A stretch of DNA of 63,526 nt, filler included, from Intoshia linei (Eukaryota > Animalia > Orthonectida): NCBI GenBank assembly GCA_001642005.1. It is 5 parts of 5 records of this genome, joined end to end, with 100 filler letters (N's around TTAATTAATTAA, not from the genome) between each part and the next. Parts side by side here need not be neighbours in the genome. Positions count along the whole stretch, not along the records: positions 48,301 to 58,898 come from LWCA01001265.1; positions 58,999 to 63,526 come from LWCA01001923.1; 3 more parts are not named here. One strand, given 5' to 3'. The position numbers and the translations under genes are program-made. Positions 51,955 through 63,526 of this stretch are shown in pieces (the stretch's first letter is position 1; each line of letters starts with the position of its first letter). The notes below the pieces were generated by a model. The model worked only from the letters and a program-made list of their open reading frames with translations, had not been told where the DNA came from and did no database searches.

Positions 51955-52174
51955 TGTTACTCATTATTTCTATCATATAGGTAAGAAGTTTAGCTTTTGT
52001 TTCAATTGGACGGACTGAGTAACAATTTTATTATTAGAAAACAGACCAGAAAATAATTTTCAAATATAATCTCAAAATTAACAACTACAATGAGGCGACC
52101 ACATTTGATTCGCTTGCCATCGCTGATGTATTGTATGATACAAAAATACAATTTGTATCACTAAAATTTAAAAT

Positions 52175-55100
52175 ATGAATGACGATTTTAAAGTAACTTT
52201 ATTTGCACTTTGATAAAAATTTTGATTTTTCACTGTTATACCAACAGCTGGCATTCAGTTAAGAATATTTTATTTTATTATAAATTCTTATAATTTAATC
52301 TTTGTATTGATTGGTACGATCAATGGTATTTTTACTTTTGATTTTTTTAAATAACGTTTTGGAAATGACTTTTCAATTGACATGAAAACTTTTTAGTCAC
52401 TGAGAGCCTAACCTAGACCCTCACTATGGAACCGACGAAATTTGCGTAAAATAAGAGCCCCATTTTTCCAAATTGAAAAATTTTCAAAAATTGTATTTTT
52501 CAATACCATAACTAACGTTTCAAATTTTAAGTCCATACGAAGGGGAGGTAGGTGAAGGCATGGTGGCTAGGGGTTATATCCCATCATGCATCTTTTGCGA
52601 AACATTTTATGGTAACATTATACATTCATGGAAAAAAATTTTATAACTGATACATTCATTTGAAATAATATTGATATTTTGTGAAACACATGTGATACAC
52701 ATATATTAATTATATTTAATTTTTCTGTAGACAAATTTTGAAATTGGGACTGAAGTTTCTGCTAAATGCAAAGGTGCTTACTGTGAAGCTAAGATAACAC
52801 AAATTGAAAACTATCAAAAATTTCGAGTAATAATTTTAGTTATTTAAATTTGTTTAAATTTAAATTGATAGTGGCACATTTCATTAGTGAAGAGTATTCA
52901 CTGATGTTATTGCATGTCATCAAAATTGGGTAACATTCTTAATGAACAATGAATTTAAAAATATATAAAAAATAATTTTTTTTTAAATTTTGCACTATAA
53001 TTATAATCATGGTAAGATTCATGTCCGCTAAAGTTGATTTAATAATAAATTCAGTCAGTTTCAACAGATTGGACTACATTGTACACTTGGGATTGTATAA
53101 TATGTACGTTATATATTAATTGTTACACAATTTGTATAGATTCAAGAAAAAAATGGGAAAAAAGCTCTTGTGGAAAAGCACAACATCATTGGAAACTTAA
53201 CAGTATATTCTTATTTATAGTATTTATCTTACTTTAGATTGATTCTTGTGTAAAATTCAGATTTAATGTATTAGATACTTGGAAAAATGGTTTTATTAAT
53301 TTATTTCTTAATAAAACGTATTCAAGGAATTATCACAAAAATTTCAGATTATCAAAGATATCATGTCGGTATTTTTACTATATATTAATTATATACATGT
53401 TAATAGTGTTCGATGATGGAGATACCAATACGTTGAAACCTTCTCAGCTTGTATTAAAGGGAGAAAAATATTTCAAACAAACAGAGGTTGTGTATTATAA
53501 TCCTGTATATATTTTTTATTTACAGACATTAGATGATATGCCACTGACTAGCCCAGAAAGGTTTGGGTCACCAGTTGTTAAGAATTTAAAAAATTTAACT
53601 ATATCTGCCGTGTTTTTGTTATTTTTGAAAATGTTAATAATTTTATTAGTTCTAAACCCACTGACGTATCCAATAATGAAGAAACTTCCAGCATTGAAGG
53701 TGCTGTAGAAAGATCTCCAATAAGAAGGTTTTAATAAATATTTTACTTTTATTACATTTATTCCGGTTATCAATTTTTACATTTGTAGCTGATAATTATC
53801 TATGATATTATTATTATGATACCTGCATAATTATGTCATGTTTAGAACATCCGCACTCAAGTCACAAGTTTTATTCAAAATTAAAAAAAAACCAACGCGA
53901 AACCACAAAATTACGGTAAAAATTGAATTTCAAAAATATAAATGTTTAGAATGTAAAGAAATTAATGTTGACTCCCTTCAAAAATTTTAATAGATGTTAT
54001 CCATTTTTTGGAAATGGAGTTCGCTATATAAATTGTATATTTTATGTATTTATTATAAGGATGTAATGAATTATCATATTCTAAACCAGTTTTGTTAATC
54101 ATATTTATGGTTTCTAGTAAATCTATAAATTTATATAAAATTTAGTGCATAACATGAATATTGGAAATATTAAATCAAAAATTATTGCCAATAAGCGATT
54201 TTCAAAAAAAAAAGTATCAATTTCAAAGGCAAATAAAGATTGTGAGAATGGTTTCATTTCATTTTTTGTACTGGTGTAATATATTTTAGATAATGTCACT
54301 AGTGAAGTTGAATCAAGTTCCTATGGAGGTTCATCATACACAGGTAATAATGTTAAAAATTTAAAACTGCCATGTATGTGCAATGTGAAAGGATTCAGTT
54401 TTTTTTTATTTTTTACAGAATGATATAACTTGATATATAAATAAGATGTTTTAAATAATATTAACATGTGACGTCTAAACTTGATGGTTTAAGGGTTTCG
54501 GCTAATACTTTTTGTAGAAAATGTTGCTATGGGTTGTAGAGCTGAAATTGCAAAAAAGAATATTTAATTCATAATTATTTAATACTATTCACACAATAAC
54601 GTTCAGCAATTATTAATATAAACAATGCTTATTAAACATTAAACAAAGCATTCATATATAATTATTAGGGCTGTTCAAAAAAAAATCAAATTAATTAAAA
54701 CGAAGAAAGTAATAATACAAAAAAAACTACACTCAATTGCGTTGAATCTGCATAACATTTTACATATTGTCATACAAAAATTATAAAAATTAATCGATTA
54801 GAACAAACAGTTCAATTTTTTAGCTCGGCTTCTAGAGAGTTCATATTACTCTTTTTTTCATTAAAATGTGTTTAAAACGTTAATAACTGAATTTCAAAAT
54901 GGGACACTCAGATTTTCATATTTGAAATAAATTTTTGGTTATTATAAATGTTAATATTTTTAAATTTGACCAATATTACAAAAACCCTTTTTAAGTTAAA
55001 AACATCTTGTGAGGTTAAATATTAAATTTTTTCAGTCCAAATTTGGTATATGTCTTAACGGGTCATACATTAATCATATCCATCTTTAAAAAAAATGGCA

Positions 55101-55735
55101 TCAATTAAGAAAAAGCGTGCGAAAACCTTAAAATTCAAAAAGGGTACACATTTTTAAGGTCATTTTTTCTAAAATTTTATTTTTATGGATTTTAAAGTAC
55201 CCTCTTCAAGGTAAGGGGTAAATGTTTTTAGAATCGAAAATTTTGTAAAAAATGAACAGCCCTAATACACACATTCTGTCTAATAAATTAAAAAAATGGG
55301 ATAACAATTGTTTTTAAATTCTTTACGCAAATTTTAACAAAAGAAAGGATTGATTATAGTTAATAGTATAATTTTTAAGTTAGATTTTCAACGTGAATTT
55401 ATTTTTTTAGTATAATAAAAGAGTGCCCTCGGCAGAGCTAGGTGCTGTTTGTACGTAGTACAAAACTCCCAAGCTATTAATATATAATTTACTTTATTTT
55501 AATTTTTTTCTTTTAGTTCAATCTTCTAAAATACTGGAAGATCTACCTGTAGAACATTTGCTCATAGAACGTAATCAATGTATAATATTTAACCTTCATT
55601 TTAATTCAAATAATAGTTCAATTTGACGATTCAATGTCTATAGAACGGCTAGATCAAAAATATAAAACATTATATAATTATCGTCGCATTTTTGAAACTG
55701 AGGTTGAAAATATTGATCAGCATTTAAAAAATATG
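52175..55735 (+). CDS. ARID4-like tandem Tudor protein, apparently reduced; last exon not resolved
   Basis: IGTEVSAKCKGAYCEAKI...IITKISDYQRYHVVFDDGDTNTLKPSQLVLKGEKYFKQTETLDDMPLTSPERFGSPV resembles the ARID4A/B N-terminus. LDQKYKTLYNYRRIFETEVENIDQHLK resembles the ARID4 C-terminal coil. Confidence 0.82.
54665..55265. mobile_element. MITE with TTAGGGCTGTTCA TIRs in an ARID4-like intron
   Basis: Perfect 13-bp inverted ends; terminus similar to the hATm-like elements. Confidence 0.7.
55266..55478 (+). mobile_element. Helitron 3' fragment
   Basis: gtgccctcggcagagctaggtgctgtttgtacgtagtacaaaactcccaagcta end motif. Confidence 0.7.
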
Positions 55736-56351
55736 TAAATTTTGTATATACATTGTATTATTTATTTATTATTAAATGTTATCCAATTTTATACATTATA
55801 ATGTAATAACGTAATAATTAGAGCAATAATTATTATGATTGCAGAAATACCATTTTTAACTTATTTTATTTTTGTAAATAATATAATTATTAAATTTTTC
55901 ATGAACCCGCAAAAAAACTTCTGTTAACCCCGTTGAAAATGATGATAATATAGCAAGCATTCCCAACCTGTCGATTGCAGATGATTTTCTAGTCGATAGC
56001 CAAAATTATAATTCATTTTTTATTTCAATAATACTCATCAAAATGATCTCTGTTTTAACTTAATTTATTTTAATATTTATAAAATTTGATTGTATTTATA
56101 TATTGTTAAAAAGTAGTTCATTATATGTAGAGTAAGTACCAGAACTTTACTTATTTAACCCCTTCTCTAGCAATATTATTAAATAATATACTTGCTACAT
56201 TAAATTATAACATTTGAATTAGTCCATTTTTTCTTATCAGCGAAAGTGCTTCGATTTATTCTGAATTTTAATTATTGTTTTGTACGATCATACTTTTTAA
56301 TTTTTAACATATGATCCGAAACATTTTTCTAGTCAATGTATTAGTTTATCG

Positions 56352-58898
56352 CAGGGGTGGGCAACAGGTCGATCCCGAAATTTTTTGAGTCGATCGCTGA
56401 AATATAAAAATTATTATATATAGAAAATTATATTTTAAGAAAAATTTTAAAATTATTTGTTTATTTGACATATATGTACTTCAAATAAATATTATCTACT
56501 TGAATTAGAAAATGATTTAGTAATTATGCCAATGTATACTCACTGAACATTGTTCACCTATTCTTAACCGTTTGTTGGTTAGTCATTTGATGACATCCTA
56601 ATTATTCTTTTTATCGCTCACATTACAATTATTTTGCTCATTTTACAAAAATTTAATTAAATCTGATTTATTTAATGAATAGTTCAAAAACATACCATTT
56701 TCATATTGAATGGGAGATGGAATACTTTTTTACAATGAAAGACGATAAAAGTTTTTGCATGATTTGCTATATCAGTCTAGCTATACCAAAAAAGGGAAAC
56801 CTGAAAAGACACTTTGCAACATGTCACAAAAGTTATGACATCGATTTTCCACCAAATTCAGAAGTAAGATTATTAAAAATAAATAGCCTTAAGCAACAAT
56901 TTTTGGGACAAAAAAAATTAATGTCAATATTCTGTAAAAAATCAGAAAAAGCAACGATTTCATCTTTTAAATTGAGCTGCATGTTAGCAAAAAATGGAAA
57001 ACCGTTTTCAGGTGGTCAATTTTTAAAAGATTGAGACAAATTAAGACTAATAAAACTTAACAACACTTTCTCGGAATTTCTGATGATATTTTTCAAGGCC
57101 TTCATAATAAACATATAATGAAATCTGCCATTGCAAATTTGCAATTATCACGTAATACTGTTATGAGACGAATAGAAAAACTTAGTAAAGATGTATCTGA
57201 ACAAATACAAATGGATGTCCAAACATGTATGTGCTTTTCTCTACAATTCGATGAATCATTTGACATAAAGACACAGCACAAGTGTTAATTTTCCTTTGTA
57301 TGGTATTTGATGATTGGAATGATAAGCCTCAATGAAAGAACATGAGGTATTGATTTATATAACTCATTTAAAACGATCTTGTCAACAAAAAATATTCCTA
57401 TCCATAAACTTGTATCCATTACGACAGATGGGCGAAAATCTATGGTTTGTAGTAAAAGCGGATTTATTGGATTATGCAATAACAATAATAATTTTTTAAA
57501 TTATCATTGTATTATCCATCAACAAATTTTATGTAGTAAAAGGTTAAATCCTAACTTATATAAAATGCGACGAGATTTTTGATTGTGTGTCTGTGTGTTA
57601 CTTTTTTGAAATAACTAGCACTCTTAGAATTTTTTAAAGACCACATTTCAATTACAGTTTTTTCCGGAACGTATAATAACATAAATTTCAACCTCCCAAT
57701 TTCACATCTTAAGGGTCAAAAACCCCTGTTGTCCCTCTTTTTGAAAATTAAACGAGTTGGAGAATTTAAAAAAATATATACGCTGATGCGGATTTTAAAA
57801 TCATAAACATTATCATAAATTTATATTTAAAAAATTTATATTTTCAGGGCCAAAACCCCAAATTACCCTTCTTTTTTTAATAAAAACAGCCCTATAATCC
57901 ATTATCCCATTATCTTATATTATATTATCAACCAATATTTTTCAAATATTTTCGATTAAAATTGAAAATGTAAATATTGATCCTACAATTTCAAAAAAAT
58001 GTGGATTGTACGTCTACACATTTCCAACACGACATGGGTGAAAATCTATATAATTCATTCCTTCGTAATTTTTTTCATTGCTACGCAATTTTTAAATTTC
58101 AAATTTTCATTTTCCAAACATTTTGAACAACATCTACGGCAACGAATTTATAAAAGTTATAATACTAACTTAATTTAGCTTAATTTGAAAATGCTAAAAA
58201 GAAAAGTAATATTCACAAGAAAAATGGCCAAAAGTATGGACACATTTTTATATTACAATTCTTTGCAATAATGGTAAAATTAATTATTCAATTAATTATT
58301 GATACACAATTGGTATTTTTAAGTTAGATTTATTGTAATATTATATACACAATCTGTCTAATAAATTAAAAAAATGGGTTTATAATTGTTTTTAAAATTC
58401 TTTACACAAATGTTAACAAAAAAAATTTAGATGGAATAATTCACTTTAAAGTAAAAAGTTATGTGATATGACGGTTCCACCTGAAACAAATTTGAGAACC
58501 ACTCCTTTAAAGGATTAATAATAGTTAATAGTAGGATTTTTAAGTTAGATTTTCAACGTGAATTTATTTTAAAAGAATGCCATCGGCAGAGTTAGGTGCT
58601 GTTTGTACGTAGTACAAAACAGCCAAGCTAGTACCAATATAATTATGGATATTATTTTTAATATTGCTAATTCCATCAGGGCTAAAGCACTTCAAAGGCG
58701 TCTTTTCAAAAGTCGATCTGAAGAAAACCGTGAGTTAGTTTTACACACAAATGTAAGATGGCTTAGCAGAAGTGTATTTTTGGAAAAATTTATAATTTTA
58801 TTAGACGATATTAAATTATTTTTTTGGAATCGGAATGACATTTTTGCAGAACTCTATGATAAACAATGGCTATGTGAATTATCGTTTTTAGCTGATTT
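56352..58898 (+). mobile_element. Decayed hAT (Buster/GTF2IRD2-like) transposon, interrupted by a Helitron and cut by a gap
   Basis: CAGGGGTGGGCAAC terminus; BED-like WEMEYFF...CMIC...KKGNLKRHFATCH, LQLSRNTVMRRI, FSLQFDES, SITTDG, YHCIIHQQILC and VRWLSR, with stops and frameshifts. Confidence 0.88.
57549..58631 (+). mobile_element. Complete non-autonomous Helitron (1083 bp)
   Basis: 5' TC, 3' hairpin (CTGTTTGTAC-GTA-GTACAAAACAG) then CTAG. Inserted between A and T with no TSD; removing it restores the host transposase frame RLNTNIIMD. Confidence 0.92.
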
Positions 58899-58998
58899 NN
58901 NNNNNNNNNNNNNNNNNNNNNNNNNNNNNNNNNNNNNNNNNNTTAATTAATTAANNNNNNNNNNNNNNNNNNNNNNNNNNNNNNNNNNNNNNNNNNNN
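58899..58998. other. Assembly gap with TTAATTAATTAA spacer
   Basis: 100-nt N run with linker. Confidence 0.97.
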
Positions 58999-59500
58999 TA
59001 ATTATTTCACATTTTTTGTTTTAATAAAATATTTCGGAAAAAAAATATATGATACTAAAATGCTTTTTTGACTGTGAAGTAGTCACTTATTTAGTTTGAA
59101 ATTTTTAGTGTGTGTTAACAGGATACAACTGTACCACCTGTAAATTTTTTTAAATTTTAAGGCTGTTTTCATAATAAAAAAATGGTAATTTGTGTTTTTG
59201 GCAATGAAGATATAATTTTTTTAAATTTAAATTTATGATAATGTTTATGATTTTAAAATTCGTATCAGCGTATATATTTTTTTAAATTTTCAAACTTGTT
59301 TTATTTTTAAAAATAAAGAACAATTGGAGTTTTTGACCCGTAAGATGTGAATTTGGGAAGTTAAAATTATATTTGCGAACACTCCCAGAAAAAACTGTAA
59401 TTGAAATATGGACTTTATATTATTCTAAGACGAGTAGTTATTTAAATAAACGGTAAAACACACACAAACAAATATTGGATAGCATATTATATAAGTATGA
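58999..59500 (-). mobile_element. Helitron copy, 5' half, abutting the gap
   Basis: Ends ...cacacacaaacaaatattggatagcatattatataagtatga; shared body. Confidence 0.75.
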
Positions 59501-61215
59501 ATAAATATTTAAGATTTAATTAGTTCTACTATATTTAATTCATACTATTAATTCGTATTATTAGGCAAGTTTTTCCTGGCCTATAAAATCATAAAAAGCT
59601 TACTTACAAAATAAAATTTACAAATATATTATATTAAAATTATACCATAAATTACCCTTTTATAAAAAATTGAAAAAAAAGAACATACATTCTGTGATAT
59701 TTTTTTAAATCATAAGTATTATCATAAATCGCAATCTCAAAAAAGTTAATTTTCATTATCAGACCTATTACCCTATTATCTTACTATTATCCCTATTATC
59801 GAAATTTTGGTATAATTAAGAAATTTTCCAATATTACCTATTAATTAATTAAAAAAGTAGGTCTATCATGATTTTAGGTCCGGGCCATATAGCTCCATAT
59901 AACCCTCTCAACGGCCCTGGTGTGATGTGTAGCATGAATGTATATAGTTGATACGTTAAGCTAATTATATAAAAGTTAACAAAGCATTAATCAGAATACA
60001 TTGTAATTTAAATTAAACGATAAAGAATATTTTGGTTGTTGATTTATTATAATTATTTAAAATAGCTTATTACAATGGATTAATTTGTAATTTTTTGGAT
60101 ACAATGGATAAGTTGATGAATTTATCCAATAATTTGAAAAATCTGATACTAATCAATTATTAAATTATCAAATACAGTAATCCTGCACAATAATCTCATA
60201 TTCATATTATAATTGAATATATTGTATATTTGAATAATTTCACCAGTAATAATACATTTTTATTTATAAAGTATAGGATATTAAGATGCAATCCTGAAAT
60301 TATTCTTAAACTCAAACAAAAATTTTATTATTAATACATTTGAATGAAATGATTGCACACATTAAAAGCATTTTCAATTAACTACACCAGATTAAAGATA
60401 CATGTATATCAAATACGTAAATAAAAATTACTGGATACAGATCGGTAGTTTGGATCCGATTCGTTCGTAACATTACTTTTTTCCTTAGTAGAAATGAACA
60501 TTTGTGTTTATTGAAGCTAAACGTTAAAGAAAAAATTAATATAATTACATTTGCTAATGTTGTCACAGTTAAGTGTGCTTATTAATACTGGTTAAATAGA
60601 TATAAAGGGTAATAAATAGGTTTGATTGACCCATATAATTATAAAGAATATAAATTGAACAATATAATTTTAAAATGATTGTCCACTCAATAACACCTTG
60701 AATGAAAATTAAAAAATAAACAATTAATTTGATAATGAGAAATGAATTATATTGCGATGTTTTTATGATTTGGACTACTACTAATAAATTACAATAGATT
60801 TGAATATTTTGGGTTAATTTGTTTGTTTCACTGGTATTGCCGCGGACGTATCAACTGCATATTTGAAATAAATTATTCTAAATTTTTTATGATAAATAGG
60901 TTATTTGGCAACAATATTGGTTAACTATAAATTATAAATTATATATTAAAATTATACAACATATTTACATGTAAATGAATAAAATTTAAAGCAATCTTTA
61001 TCTCAGGATCTATGTATCATGAAAGCAAACTAAAAGTATTGGAAAAATATATACTACTGTCTAGCAATGAGCCACATTTTAGCTCGATCTAGATTACACA
61101 GTGTTGTATTAAATAGACTACAATGGTAGTGTAATTTTATTTTAAAAATAAACATTGTGATTTCATAAAGATTGTGCAAAATATTAAATAGTTTGAGTAG
61201 TTTTGTTTCTTTAGA

Positions 61216-61243
61216 GTTACTGTTACTGTTACTGTTACTGTTA
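61216..61243 (+). repeat. (GTTACT)4 microsatellite
   Basis: gttactgttactgttactgttactgtta. Confidence 0.85.
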
Positions 61244-62130
61244 GTTGAATATTTTAATATTTATAAGTATATTTAGTATTAGTTGACAACTTAAATTTTT
61301 ATTTTAAAAACAAAGTTTCATATTTTAAACCAGTTAAGCTAAATTTTGACTGAAAGATTATTTTTATTTTGTTTTTAAAATATTGTGCTTTGTTTAATGT
61401 ATCAATTTTTTAGAAATTAAACTTGTTATAATTATAATATTTTAAATATTATATTTCTGACATGGATAACATTTTCAAGTTGAATATAAACATTTATATA
61501 CATAACAGTAATAAGAATAAAAGAATCATTTTATATTTATTCTTTTGCTAAATTTATTTTTACATAAAACGTTTGTCTATTCGATTAGAAACATTATATT
61601 GTATCAAATCATAAAAAAATAGACAATTGTTTATTTATATAAATCAAGCATTTAAAATGAATTAATTTAATAGCACTATAAATATGAATGGTTAAATATA
61701 TAATCATTACGGTGTTAACTAATATGTTAACTAACGGTGTTAAATAATTAACATAATATTTATTATTATAGATTAATTACTTACATGTTAATGATACGTT
61801 AACAATACTTAAATTACAACTATCATTTGATAATTCATATCAATCGATACATGTCGCGTAGATCAAATTTTGATATTAATATTATTTGAAAATATTTGAA
61901 TTGATATGAATTTTACATAAAACCAATATTATAATGACAGTGAAAATTCAATTTATTAAACTCAACTGTATGAATAACTCAAATGTTTCACATTTTACCA
62001 AAATACATATCTTTAACTAAGATTTAATCAATATGGATCGACTTGATAAGTATAAGTTGTAAAGCTTTTAAATTTTTGGTAATAAAAAAATTCATATTAT
62101 AATAATGTAATTAGTTATTCGTAAATATAC

Positions 62131-63526
62131 CAGTGGCGTAGCGTGACTTTTTTCACAAGGTGCGCTAGAATAGTTCCTTGTAACATAACATAGTATTAGT
62201 AATAGAATAGTAACATAATATTTTTATATGAAGTTGAAATTAATACCGAAATATAAAAAAATGTCTATAAAATATCATCATTTAATCGTAAATTTTATTT
62301 ATAACTATAAAACAGTTTTTTTATTCGGGGTTACATATTTTAAAAAATGAAACTGTTAATGCTTTTTTAATAATTTTATTTGTTCACCTGATATTATGTT
62401 TGAAATATATAGAAATTTTTTGGGTCGCGAATGCAGAAAATTTCAACACCACTTTTAATATTAGAAGATTAATCATTCGTCATTCGTTAACATCGTTAAA
62501 TGTTTTTAATTGCGAATTAGTTTTTCTATTTTAAAAATACACACTTTTAGAGATAATTGCCCTTGATTCTTTGATGGGTGTGACACCCTACTGTACACAA
62601 GGGGTGCCCGATTTCGCACTTTTTTTAAATGACATGTTTTAAATAAAAAATAAATTGTAATAAAGTAAATATTGGACTTGGATTTATCTCATACCAAAAA
62701 CGTAAAATTTTATTTTTTTAATGTACAATTCATTTATATACAAACATTCATTTCCAATGACCTTTAACGTGTAAATTCAGTTCCTTCAATGAATTACATT
62801 TTTTCGAGCATATATCACAAATTTGTATATTTATATTTTCTAGAGCTGCTTCATCTAAATATACATTTAATAAAATTAAGACTTGATTTCATCATATTTT
62901 TAAGTAAATTTTTAAAATCAAATAAAATTCCAACTCATTTTACACCATTCTTTGGAAATGACTATCAATTTGCGAGGTTAATGAACATATACTCTAAAAC
63001 AGGGATGGGAAACTTTCTGTGATAGCGAGCCGGATTGTTATATAAAGTTTTAAGAATTTTATGTTTAAATATATTTATTTTAAATTTTTATTATACAAAA
63101 TAAAATTTACAGTTTTTATGACAAATGTCATTATATCGTTAAGTTTCATCGATTTTCCACTTAATTCTTCTTGATGAATTATACAATGAAAGTTTTTTAG
63201 AGACATTGAAATGTCTTCATTTTTTAAATGTTCTTGCATTAAATTTACAATTCCTTTTTTTGCCTATCATAAATGGAGAACCGTCCGAAGTAAGCCCAAC
63301 AAATTTACGTATGTTAAGATTTGCTTTTAAGATCATTTTCATTATTGCATCAAAGATGTCTCTTCCAGTGCAATTCCTTTTCATAGGCATCAATTTAAAA
63401 AATTCTTCAACAATTTCAAATTTGTAATTTACGCTTCTGACAAAAACAACTTAGGCACTTTAATAAACTCTACATCAGATACCGGTTTCATGCGTTGAGC
63501 AATCAATTTTGAAATAACATAACTGG
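62131..63526 (-). mobile_element. Decayed hAT (GTF2IRD2/Buster-like) transposase remnant; runs off the window end
   Basis: Minus strand VEEFLKLMPMK..CTGRDIFDAI...KFVGLTSDGSPFMIGKK and FHCIIHQEEL...MKLNDIMTFVIKTVNF. A CAGTGGCGTAGC terminus lies at 62131. Confidence 0.75.

Noticed and set aside
60300-61150. Possible degraded minus-strand membrane-protein gene
   Set aside because: Open stretches are short, interrupted by stops and cannot be joined convincingly.
1-63526. CRISPR arrays, operons or prokaryotic defence systems
   Set aside because: The window is eukaryotic and spliced. Its repeats are TE-derived and lack repeat-spacer periodicity.

Overview
Very AT-rich eukaryotic (metazoan) draft-genome scaffold with many micro-introns of about 35-70 nt. 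It has four 100-nt assembly gaps, each containing an artificial TTAATTAATTAA spacer. The style suggests a compact invertebrate or parasite genome, such as the orthonectid Intoshia; this is inference only. Host genes reconstructed by hand from exons: TTLL7 tubulin polyglutamylase (+), a TRPM channel (+), RPS13 (-), ECHS1 enoyl-CoA hydratase (+, cut by a gap), CCDC13 (-, cut by a gap), a solitary 5S rRNA gene (-), a class C GPCR (+), MED22 (-), a reduced ARID4-like Tudor protein (+), and two orphan coding candidates. Introns and intergenic DNA are packed with DNA transposons: about ten copies of a non-autonomous Helitron family, hAT elements and MITEs with 8-bp TSDs, Tc1/mariner elements, and Chapaev3-like, hATm-like and Ginger-like remnants. 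I found no convincing wholly new multi-gene system. The best leads are intron-containing transposases (Ginger-like and DD35E), an ARID4 apparently lacking its ARID domain, a class C GPCR with a truncated cysteine-rich domain, and structured intronic RNA candidates in the TRPM and RPS13 introns. All exon models and family calls come from reading the sequence and recalling motifs, not from database searches.
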